From assembly GCA_047967505.1 (NCBI GenBank), contig CM106538.1: a stretch of DNA of 64,000 nucleotides; one strand, 5' to 3'. Position numbers and translations under genes: made by a program. Of this stretch, positions 27,101 to 39,100 are shown one piece after another (position 1 is the first letter of the stretch; each line of letters starts with the position of its first letter). The DNA is from Dipteris shenzhenensis. Taxonomy: Eukaryota. The notes beneath the pieces were generated by a model. The model was not told the origin of the DNA, searched no databases, and was given only the letters and a program-made list of their open reading frames with translations.

Positions 27101-30100
27101 ACATAAAGGTGAATTTTTCTTGATGATCCGGAAAGGTCCATAGTATCTTGGTCGCAACTTAGGAAACACAGACTTAACCGTCTTATAGCGATGTGGGGCT
27201 ACAAATAATAGCATCATGTCACCAGTGTCAAATTCTAGGTGACGTTTATGTTTGTTGGCAGACCGTTGATACCGCTCTTGCGCTTTTCACATATGATCCC
27301 TGACTTGGAGTAGAATGTCTTACATTTCTTGAACCAGTTGATCAGCTAGAGCCACTCGATGTTGAAGTACAAAATTCGTTGGTACGATCGGAGTGTGTCC
27401 ATAAGCTGCTTGAAATGGAGTCATGCTAATGGCGCTATGGAAAGAGTTATTATAAGCAAACTCAAGGAGTGGTAGATACTCTTCCCAAGCTGCTAGGCGT
27501 GACTGAATATAATGTCGAAGCATTTCTTCCAGAACTTGGTTGACTATTTGAGTCTGGCCATCTGATTCTGGGTGGTAGGCTGAACTGAACAGTAGAGTTG
27601 TACCCAAAGATTCGAACACTGAAATCCAAAAGTGACTGGTAAACTTAGGATCTCTGTCGGATATGATATTCTTGGGCAATCCATGGTGTCGGAAGATGTG
27701 TTGTATGAAGAGTTTGGATATGTCCGGAGCCCGTGTACTGCTTTTGCAAGCAACAAAGTGTGCCATTTTGGACAATCGATCAACAATTACCATAATCTGA
27801 GTGTGGGCCGAATGTGACCTTTGTCGAGTAGTTCGGTCACCTGTCTTTGGATTTCTTCATTTTGAGTGTCAAAAACCCGATAAGGAGGTTTCGATGGTGG
27901 ATTATTGTCGGGAATAAGTTCGCTTGGGTGATCCACTGGTCGTCGAGGTGGTAATTGCTTTGGCAATTCTTGTGGAAAAATATCCAGGTAGGGCTGGAAA
28001 AAAGGTTGGTTGAGGTATTCAGGAGGATCCTTTGTTGGTGTCTCCTCTACTGCCGTAACCAGCAGAAGTGAAGTCTTTACTTGACGTTTACGAACCCACT
28101 TCTTTACTTGTAGGGTAGAGGCAACTGGGGTTGAAGGAGAGTCCCTTAAACCAGTTAGCTTAATAAGTTTTCCCTGGTGGACAAACTGGATAGTATGGCT
28201 GCGAAAACTGATAGATGGATCATAGTCGTAGAGCCACTGTTGTCCAAGTATGACATCGTACCGAGAAAGAGGCATGATGTCGAAGTTCAACTTGTCCGTA
28301 TAATGTTGGATGCGAAAAGACAAGTTTTTGATCCTAGTGTTGCACAAGAAAGTAGTTCCGTTTGCAAGTTGAATCTGATAGTCCATGAGACTAGGACTGG
28401 TGGTCAACCGAAGTTTGTCGACCATAGAATTAGCTAGGAAGTTATGAGAGCAGCCACTGTCGATGAGGATAGTGACCGTTGTTCCACGAATCGATCCTTG
28501 AACACAAAGTACTTGAGTGGCCAGGGAAGGTTTGGGGTTGCTGGTAAGGCTCAGGTGGATGGTATTTGCCATTCGAATAGCTTTTCCTTTCTTGTCTTGT
28601 GCTGGGGTAGCATCTTCTGTTTGGGAAGTGCTAGGTTCCATATTGGAATTTTGCTTTGGTCGCTTGGGATAATCAAACCATCTATGGTTGCCTGTACAGA
28701 TGGTACAAAGTCCTTTTGTGCTCGAGCTGTTCTTCTTGTTAGTGGCCGCACCTTGACGTTGGGGATGTCGGTAATGAATTTGTGAAGAAGAAGAGGTGTG
28801 TTCCTTGGAGGGGTGCTTCTGTTGGAATCCAGCATATGATTTTTGAGACTTCTGGGGATCTTGAGATTGTCGTTGACCTTGATTACCCGAGTTTTTTCGA
28901 ACCTGAGGTTATCTTGAGGGCGAGCACCTTTGGCCATAGTAGAGTTCTGTGTGCGATTAGCACTCTGCTTCTCGGTGTTTTAGAAATCTGTAATGCGCTC
29001 TGCGTAAGCAATAGCCAGTTGTGGTGGTGATGTTTGCTTTAAGGACATCAATGCGTAACGAGGGATTTAGGCCTGAGATGAAAGCATGAAGGCGATCATC
29101 CTCAGTTAAACCATCAATCTCCAGCACCAATGTGATGAACTGAGAGATATAGGAAGATTAGGAGCTTGTTTGCTCCAACTGTCGGAGTTTTGAACGTGCT
29201 TGGAAGTCCGCATTGGCAGGTATGAACTGCTTACGGAGCACGTGTTCAAAATGTTCCTTTAAGCGTCTTTGCCACCATAGAAAAGCTGTATCCTTGAGGA
29301 GGGAGGCTGCCAAGGCGATCTTTTTGCCTTCAGTGAGGTCAACAATATCAAAATACATGCGCAATTTTGCGAGCCATTGGTCAACTGTTCGACGATTTCG
29401 TTGACCAATGTAGGCTTCCGGAAGTTTGATGTCAAGTCTTTTAGTTTTGGAAGCTTGGAGTAAACGGTAGAGGGCACAGAGTTCAGTATTTTCTACCTCA
29501 GGTGGGAATGAATCCGCATAGTCCGCTGGTTGCGTCACGTCATCCTCTGTATGTGTGGTACTGTGAGAATCTTGGAGTTGTTGGACTTTTTGGACCAAGT
29601 CGGAGATGCTGTCTTGAAGCTGGGAAATTTGAAGTTGCAGTAGTGTTTCGCCTTGTACGTTGACTTCAGGGGTCTTTTTTGGACTTGAGTCTTTGATCTT
29701 TGGAGAGGCTGCACGCGAGCGTTGCGACATATCTGAGGTCCCCGTAAGAAAAGCACGAACCTGCGCTCTAGTTTGTACCATTCTTGGAAGAGGATTCGGG
29801 CTGCTCCCTGAGGTTGCTCATGTTGGAGGGGGCAGGCGAGGTAGGATGGAACCACCCGTGGAAGTCTGGTAAAGGAGGTCCTGTCTGAGGTAACACTGGT
29901 GATGCCGAAAGAGGTGTTACTGCTCGTGAGAGTACAGGAGTAGGTTGCAAAGTCCACGGATCTGAGAAGGGATAAGGAGCTGTTGTCGGAAGTGGATGAT
30001 ATCAAGGAGTGCCTTCAGTGTGTAAATACTGTCTTGGGGAAGGTACAACCTGTAGAGGAGGATATCTGGGAGCTGAAGGAGGTGGAGAGTACCCTGGAGA

Positions 30101-33100
30101 TGCCGAATGTGAGGGGTAAAATTCTCTCCAAAGATGGACAGCAAACTCTTGAGGAATATCGGGTTCTAGGTATCTTCGTGTCTCGTGGAACACAACCTGT
30201 ACTGTGCTGAGGAAGTAATGTAACTGAGGTGCCTCACGCAAAAGATATAGGATGTGGTCCAAATCACTAGGAGGGCACGTGACACAAAAGACCCAAGATG
30301 CAAAAGCTCCGAAATGGGCTGGTTGTGCAATCTGAACACGATATTGTGTGGTAGATGATGCGTGAGGTGTCCTTGAAATGCCGGGTGAATTACCAGGGGT
30401 TTCCATGCTTTAAGGAAGCGTCTTTCATTTGCTGTAATTTGATAATGACAAGAGAATCCTTAGAAGTAGAATGGAAAGACTCCACCTGGCAATAATTTAA
30501 TCTGCCAAATTGTTGCGTAGAAGAGGCTTGCAGATTTCTGTACGGAGGTCCATGTTGCAATGGGTGGCGAGGAGCAGATCTAGGCCTAGCAGTTAACAGG
30601 CTGTCTTCATTGCGATAGGAGGCTGAAACTGCCACTGATCTGGCAGGAAAATGTAGCGCCACAAAGGGGCAGGTTGTCTATGGCGCAACAGGCTGCAAGG
30701 TACCCAATTCTGGATCGCGATAGGGGCTGGTGCACCTGGTTGCTGATGTGAGGAAAGACTGGCGAAACAGAAGGGGGGGAGGCAGTCAATGGCGAAAAAC
30801 TGGTTGCAGGCTGGATCGCGGCAGAAATGGCGGGCTTCCAAGGCTGTAGGTTGATTTGCGGCAGAAAAGGCTGGCTGGTGCTGTTTTCACGCTGCAGGCT
30901 GGCAGGAAACAAGGTCGGAAAACTGGCGAGGCTAAGGCTGCACATGGCGAGGGGAGCAGGGCAGCGAAATGGCTAGGGGCTGCGCAGGTAGGCTGAGCGA
31001 AATGGCGAGGCTAGGGGCTGCGCAGGTAGGCTGAGCGAAATGACGAAAATCTACATGGGCGTTGAAAAGGTGTGCCCTTTTTTCGTTTGGTCTGCCTATG
31101 TTGCGTGGTTGCCCCAAAAATCAAAGGGTGGGTTTAGTTGACCCTTGGGTAATCTAGGGTAGACCTAAGGTTTGGGGTTGGGTTTTTCTTTTTAACCCCT
31201 CTAGGTACCCTCTTATAAAGTGATTGGTGCCAAAAGGTGTGCCTATTCGAAGGGGTGTGACCCTTGGAATAGGTGCACCTTTTCATGAAGGGGTGTGTCC
31301 CTGTTTTTAAAAGGGGTGTCCCCACATGAATAGGTGTGTCCTTTTTGCCACGATGGGGTGTGTCCCTTGGGTGAGGAGTCAAGACTCTTCAGCAAAAGGT
31401 GTGTCCGATGGTGGAAAAGGTGCGTCCCTTGGTTTTGGGACAGCCCAAGCACATGAAAAGACACGATTTTTATCGTGTCCATTCACATCAACTCGTGATG
31501 TGTGGGAGATGGAGAGGCCATTGATGACTTTAGGTAGGGTTGGCGCTAAAAGTTTTTATGCTCATCCTCTCCATCTCTTCCATGCACAATGTGCACGGAT
31601 GTCCTTCTAGCGGAAAGAGATGTATCAAATAGGCGCTAGAAGGTGGAGGGCATTTCCTACATGCAGGAGCGAAATTTGCTTTGATACCACTGTAAGAAAT
31701 CCTATATTTACTATATTTAGAAATGTGCTAAGGAACAGAAAGGAGACTGAAATAGCAGAGAACAAGGAATAATTGTATTGCTTGAATGTCTGTAGGGTAT
31801 CTGTTGTGTCTTATCCATACAATTGGGCCTCTCTTATATAGAAAGTGAAGAGTCACACATGAAAAGGTGTGTACTCCAAAGTGTATGTGCATGAAGAGGT
31901 GTGTACCCCTTGTGAAGGGTGTGACCCTTGATGAGAGGGTACATTACAATAGGAGTGTCTCTTTCATAGAGTCTCTCTTGTGAAGGGTTGTGCCTCATAG
32001 GAAGTGTCCCGTTGAAAGGGCATACCCTTCCACAAGTGTCCATTTATCAAACCATCCATAAGTCTAGATATAGAGAAAGGAATACGTCACAGATCGTGAC
32101 AAGCAATTATTGAACATTGATGAGATTATTTCTGATTCTGAGATGATTACCACCACTCTGAATTCTCTTCCTGAGACTTATCTCAACTTTCATACCTCGC
32201 TGAACTTATCATTGAGGGGGGGTGCAAATCTTCTCACTTTTCATGAGTTGATAGGACTTCTGCTTCAGGAAGAGCAGACCAGGAAAAACTTGGCCTCACG
32301 TGCAGGTGAGCAAGCTATGCTCTCAAAGTTCAAGTCAAAAGGAAAGGGACAGGCAAAGACATCAGTAAATTAGCCTTCGAGTGGGTCAGGACAGCCTTCA
32401 CAAAAGGCTAAGAATTATGCAAGTAAGCCCAAGAAGAAGGGTTTTTGTCATTACTGCAAAAAGCCAGGTCATCACATTGCAGAGTGCAGGAAAAGGCTTG
32501 CAAAAGAGAAGAAAAACAGCTCCGGTATGGCTGTTTCAGATTCAGCTCCCCGTGCATCTGACAGTGGGGATGCTGCAGCCAACTTTGTTGGACAGGATTA
32601 TGCCTTTTTATCTTGCATTTCAGATTCTAGGCTGGCTGCTCCAGATGCTCGGGATAGTACAGCCACTTGTAATGATGATACATATGCCTTTTTGACTTGC
32701 AGTTATGATCCTTCCACAGATGCATTAGCTTTCAGTGTCAATGAAACATTGAATACTTGGTATTTTGACAACAGTTCCTCCAAGCATATCACTTCTAGGA
32801 AGTGTCTCTTCACTTCCTTGCATCCACCTCCCGTTGGTAAGAAAGTCACTTGTGCCAACAACTCGTCATATTCAGTACGTGGTACATGAGAAGTTGAGCT
32901 TACCGCCATTGATGGCTCAGTTTTCAGACTTTCAGATGTCTTGTATGTGCCTGGTATCACCAAGAATCTGCTTTCAGTGTCCACTCTTAACAGCGCTGGG
33001 TTTGAGGTCATCTTTGAGGATGACAAATGTGGTGTCTGAGACAAAGAAAATGATTATGCCTTGAGATTATCTGGTACTTTGCTGCGTGGCCTTTTTCAGC

Positions 33101-36100
33101 TTGATCTTTTTGAGAAAAGAGCAGTCCATGCTCTTGCAGTTTCTACTCCTACTGCTGCCATGCAAAATGCAGAGTTATGGCATGCCAGATATGGCCACAT
33201 GCATTACAACAGCTTGATGACACTTCAGAAGCACTCTATGGCTGATGCATTGCCACCTCTTGAAATACCTCCTCCACATGCCTGTGAAGGGTGCAGATTA
33301 GGCAAGATGCACAGATTCCCCTTCAAAAAGGATGGTTTAGTTAAAGCTGTCCGAAAATTACAGCTTATACACAGTGATGTTTGTGGTCCCATGAGGACTC
33401 CATCATTGGGTGATCATCTCTACTTTGTTACTTTTATTGATGATTACTCCAATTTCACTTGGGTCTTTGGGCTGAAGTGCAAATCAGAAGTGTTCATGGT
33501 GTTTAAACACTTTTCAGCCATGGTTGAAAATGAATCTGGACCCAAGATACAGACATTGCACACAGATAGAGGTGGGGAATACTTGTCTGCCGATTTTGAT
33601 GCTTTTCTGAAAGGCAAGGGTATTGTGCATCAGCTCACAGTGAGGCTGACCCCTCAGCAAAATGGCAAAGCTGAGCGGAAAAATAGAACTCTTACGGAGA
33701 TGGACAGATGTATGCTGAAAAGCAAACACATGCCTCACAAATTTTGTCTTGAAGGTCTAATGTGCGCCAACTACATCTTAAATGGGTCTCCCACTAAGGC
33801 TTTGAAAACAAAAACTCCCTATGAAGTTTGGAATGGGAGAAAGCCTTCAGTGGATCATTTCCGTGTCTTTGGTTGGCTTGCATATGCTCATGTGCCACTT
33901 GAATTTCGGCATAAGTTGTCAGATAAGGCAATTAAGTGCATATTTGTTGGGTACAGTGTAGAAAGCAAGGGGTACCGTCTCTACAATCTTGCTACACGCA
34001 AAATCATTGTCAGTAGAGACGTGATATTTGCAGAAAATTCAGCTCACACTTAAGGCTGAATTTCATATGCCTTCTTCTTCAGAGGATGTTTTTGAGGGGT
34101 TGCCACCCATTGCCTTGGGTTCCCCTGCTGATATTTCTGAATCCTGATGCAAATCTGAATTTACAGCCACCTCCCGATGCTCCAGTTCAGCCACAGAATG
34201 TCTTGCCACCTCCATAGGCAATGGAACAGGTGGTTCAGCAAGAAATTGCAGACGTACATGCAGCAAAAACAGTCCCAAACTGGCTGTTACAGACTCTCAG
34301 GGAGAGTAAGATTGATGCTCCATTACCTGGCAGGACTCGTAGTGCAGTAAGGCACATGGAAGGTGCTAATTCGATGGAATCAGCATATGCAGGTACTCTT
34401 CTCGATGAGGAGGAGCCTACAACATTCGAAGAAGCAAAGGACAATGTGCATTGGATGAATGCTATGCACGATGATTTGCAGTCCATTTAGAAAAATCAGA
34501 CTTGGGATGTTGTAGACTTGCCACTAGGTAAACATGCCATTGGTACACGATGGGTTTTCAAGGTGAAACGGAAGCCAGATGGCTCCATTGACAAATACAA
34601 GGCAAGGCTGGTTGCCAAAGGCTATGCTCAGAAAAAGGGCATAGATTATGAGGAGACTTTTGCTCCTACATCCCGGATGACCACCATCCGATATGTTATT
34701 GCAACGGCTGCACATTTTGAGTGGAATGTTCATGAGTTGGACATTAAAACAGTCTTCCTAAATGGAGACTTGTTGGAAGAGGTTTATGCCAAACAACCAC
34801 CAGGCTTTGAAATTTCAGAAAATGCACTTCATGTATGCAAGCTAAATAAAGCTTTGTATGGGCTGAAACAGGCGCCTTGTGCATGGTATGCCAAGATTCA
34901 TGTCTTTTTGACCAGCAAGGGGCTGCACAATAGTCCTACTGAGAGCACCCTCTACATCAAGAAGGATGGGGGGGAAATTTTAGTCATCATTCTTCTTGTC
35001 GATGACTTACTGCTCACAGGGTTCAATGAAGATAATATTGCAGATTTCAAAGCTGATTTGCAGACCAACTTTGACATGTTAGATTTGGGGCTGCTTCACT
35101 TTTATTTGGGGATCCAGTTCTCTCAAGAGAGATGTGGTACTGTTATGTCTTAGTCCAAGTATGTGCAGAAACTTTTGGACAGATTTAACATGCATGATTG
35201 TAAGCCCATAGCCACTCCCATGGAGCCGGGGTTGAAACTCACAATGCATGATGCAGGAGAATCAGTTGATGCCACATTTTACAGTCAGGCTGTTGGATGC
35301 CTCATTTATCTCTGCAACACTAGACCTGATATTCAGTTTGCAGTATCTCAGGTGAGCAGTTATATGCACTGCCCAAAAACTATGCATTGGCAGGCAGTTA
35401 AGCGCATCTTTCATTATTTGTAGGGCACGAAGTCTTTTGGCTTGTTATTTCCCAGGGGGGGTGACTTGCAGACGCATGCCTACAGTGATTCAGATTGGGC
35501 TGGTGATTATGACACTAGGCAGTCCACTAGTGGCAATTGTTTCTTTTTGGGTAAAGCTTGCATTTCCTGGCTGAGCAAGAAACAATCTATAGTGGCTACC
35601 TCATCATGTGAAGCTGAGTACAGGGCAGCTTTCACAGCAACAGTTGAATGTGGCTGGCTGCGCCGTCTATTTGTTGATCTTCATCTGTCATTGGAAGGTC
35701 CTTCTCTAATTCTCACTGATAGTCAGAGTGCCATTGCAGTGACAAAGAATCCAATGTTTCATGCTCGCACGAAGCACATTGAGGTTCACTATCACTACTT
35801 CAGAGAGAAGTTGCATGCAGGAGAGATCAGTATGATCTTTGTGTCCACACATGACAATGTTGCAGATATTTTCACCAAAGCACTTCCACGTGAAAAGTTT
35901 GAGGCATTTCGCAGTGCTCTGAACTTATATCCGTTTGGTGATTAATCATCCTTGTACATGACATTGGCACCGCAGGGGGGTGTTAGAATTATAGATATAA
36001 TTCAGCAGTGACCAATGTAATTTATTAAGCTAGTTAGGGACACTTTTCCCTCTTTAAGAGGTTTTTTCCCCTAACCGCAGTTAGTCCACTAACTATGGTT

Positions 36101-39100
36101 AGTGACTACTAAGGTTTTGTTACTAGGACAAAACCTTATCTCACTCCTTCAGTTGTATCTCTCACACTCTTCTATTGCAACTAAGCTTTCAAGCTTTCAA
36201 GCTCTCAGCTCACTCTCTTGCTCTCTCTCCACTCACACTCACAATTGTAACATCTCGACTAGTGATAATCTTCTTGGTCATCGGATAATAAAGTCTATAC
36301 CCCTTGCTTTTACTATTGTAGCCAATAAATATGCACTTTTCTACCTTGTCATCAAGTTTGCCATGTAATTCTCTAGGCACTGTGCATATGCTAAACAACT
36401 GAATGTACGGAAATAGCGCACATTGGGGCTTACGACCAAAGCATGCTTGATAAGGTGTCATGACCTCAAATTGCCTTCGTGGACACCTATATAAAATACG
36501 ATTCGAGCACATAATAGCTTCCATCCAAAATCTATGTGGCAGACCCTTTTGCTTTTGGCATGCGTCTCCCCATCTCCGAAAGTGGCTGATTTTTACTTTC
36601 AGCCTTCCCATTCTGTTGAGGAGTATACCTCCCCGTAAACTGATGTGTAATGCCCTTCTCAGAAAAAAATTGTTGCCATGCCTTGGAAAGATGTTCCCCT
36701 CCTTGATCGGAATGGAGGGTCTGCAACCTGCATCTAAATTGATTTTTCAACTAAGGCCAAAATGTGTTTGACACTGTAAACTTTGGACTTTTACCTCAAA
36801 GCAAAGACCAAGGTAAAACATTGTAAAGTCATCTATGAATGCAGCATAGTAAAGCTGACATCCAACAGACGGTGTGTGCATGGGTCCACAAACATCAGTA
36901 TGGACAAGCTGTAATTTCTGTGTAGCTCAGACTATACTATCCTTGGGAAGGAAAACCGATGCATTTTGCCCAAAATACAACCCTCAATATTTTGTTTGGA
37001 GGGGTCTCCAAACGAGGTAAGGCATCAACTAAGCTTTTGCAATAACATAAGTTTACATGCCCAAACCTTGCATGCCATAACTCTGCTCATGCTTGGCAGA
37101 GGTAAAGCCACAAAATATGAAAATGCTCTTTCCTCATATGCATGAAGCTGAAATAACATGTGACATAATGTGCCATTGAAAACCAATCCATAGTCTCTCT
37201 CCCTGTCATGGATTTACATCGGTCATCCTCAAAGATGACTTGATAATCTCTTCGAGACTCCTAAACATTGCAATACCCTCTGAACCTTGAAACTCCTAGA
37301 TAGCTCTCTGAACCTTGTCCCCTTTCGAACCTTGCAACCCCTTTCTAAACCCTTGAACTCCCGTGGAGGCTGAACTTTCTTTTTAGCCTTCTCTTTGGTT
37401 GAAAAAGCATGCAACCCACTGCAAGAACGTGAAGCCATATTCATTTGCGTCTGCTCCTTTTGCAACAAGATCGCTACAAATTCTTGAAAAGTGAGGCGAT
37501 TATCACGGGGACATGAATTTCTAATTTTAAGAATTTATCGTGACCGACCTGGCCTCAAACTTATTAAAATTGTAAAGCCTACTTCAGTGCAATTAATTCC
37601 ATGGGCCAAGGCAAAGGATTTGAAGGTTAGAGAGGAGTAAAAATCAAGTGACTTGTAGGGCAAGCAAAGGCAGCTATTCTTGGCTCAAGTGGATTTGGGG
37701 TCAAACAAGGGATGGTCCAACTCCTTCTCAGTATATAATCTTGTTTTTCCTACTCCCCAGCTGTCCACACACCTTTTAGGAGCCCATCTTGTTGATTTGC
37801 CACTAGCCAGGAGCCCTGCCAGGTCCCAGCATGGAAATTTGCACCTCCTAGGGGCTTTTTTTAACTGATTCACACCTCGCCAGGGCAGTTCCAGGAGGTT
37901 GGTGCTGATTTGCACTTTGCCGCGGTGCCTCCAGATCAGCCGCTATCAGAGTTGCAGCTTCCAACGCTGTTCTAGGGCAGTTGCCTACTCAGTTTGCACC
38001 TGATAGAGGCCTTTCGGGGCTGCCAGACAGGTTCCCTTGTAAATTATCTGCTATCTGGGCTGCTCGAGGTCTACCAATTAGGACGATTCACTTCAAGCAG
38101 GTATTCAGAGTGTCAAATAGCTACCAGGTGTAGTCACCCATTAGGATTGAATTGCCAGGGATCAGAGGAGTGCTAGAGGGAAGACGATCTGCTGTTTTCC
38201 ACCTGTCCAGGGCTGCTTGTGCCGATTTTGCGTACTAGAGTGCTTGAGAACTGCTCTAGACAGATTCGTCTTTTTGCTTGTTGCTGTTTTAGTGTTCCCA
38301 GATCCTGCAGATCAGTCAATTGCTTTCCAGAAGCTCTCCTACTGCCTTAGAATCTTCAGATCCTATTGCCTTGTTGCAGCTAGCCTTTCTGTGTGCCAGG
38401 AAGAACAGCCAGGGTTGGTGGTTTTTCTGGTCTTTGTCCTGCCAGGAATCCCTTGAAGGGTAGCAGACTTGGCTGATTTCTCTCTTGCCAGGACTCCATT
38501 GAAGGGTATCAGAGCTGTGAAGTTAGTAATATCAACCAGAATCAAAAGAAAGGCTGCGATGGGATATTGCAGTGGACTGGGGTGCCTTTCTAAGACTGAA
38601 AGTGATGCATAGTAGGATTGAAGTGTCTAGGAACAAATTATTCAGTTGGCTGATTTTGGGGCTGATGCATGACAATGCTTTTCTTGTATTTGGATCCCTT
38701 CTGAATAAATGATAAAGAAATACTGAAAGGGGCGCTAAGTTTAGGGCCAATTTGGTGTCTGGTGCGGGACGAGGGCAATCTAGCTCTTGAGTGTTGTTTG
38801 AAATTATTTTGGTTTGCTGTGGGAATTTCTAAATGGCTGGTAATTAAGTATTTGCTGGTTATTATCTGTGCATTGCCCTTTGGAGTTTCCGAAGGCCGGT
38901 TTCAACGATTGTGATTTCCTCGCATTGAAAGGTTTAGGGACGTATGAATAGAAAGATAAGACTCCGGCAAAGAGTTAAGGTGGTGAAAACAAGCTGAGAG
39001 TTTGAATGACTTGATCGATATTGAAGAGTTGCTCACACAAATCTTGAATTTTGGTGACATTATGCTGCTTAGAGTCACCTTGATCCATGTGCAAACTATC

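Larger units (their letters stand above)
24480..36243 (+). mobile_element. Full-length Ty1/Copia LTR retrotransposon (inactivated), interrupted by a Gypsy element
   Basis: LTRs 24480-24731 and 35981-36243 (TG..CA), TSD ATTGT at 24475-24479 and 36244-36248, PBS tggtatcaga at 24734, PPT gcagggggg at 35972-35980; domain order gag-PR-INT-RT-RH. Confidence 0.97.

Noticed and set aside
38752-38770. Primer-binding site (tggtgtctggtgcggg)
   Set aside because: Lies inside the TSD-defined solo LTR and matches no tRNA end I can name
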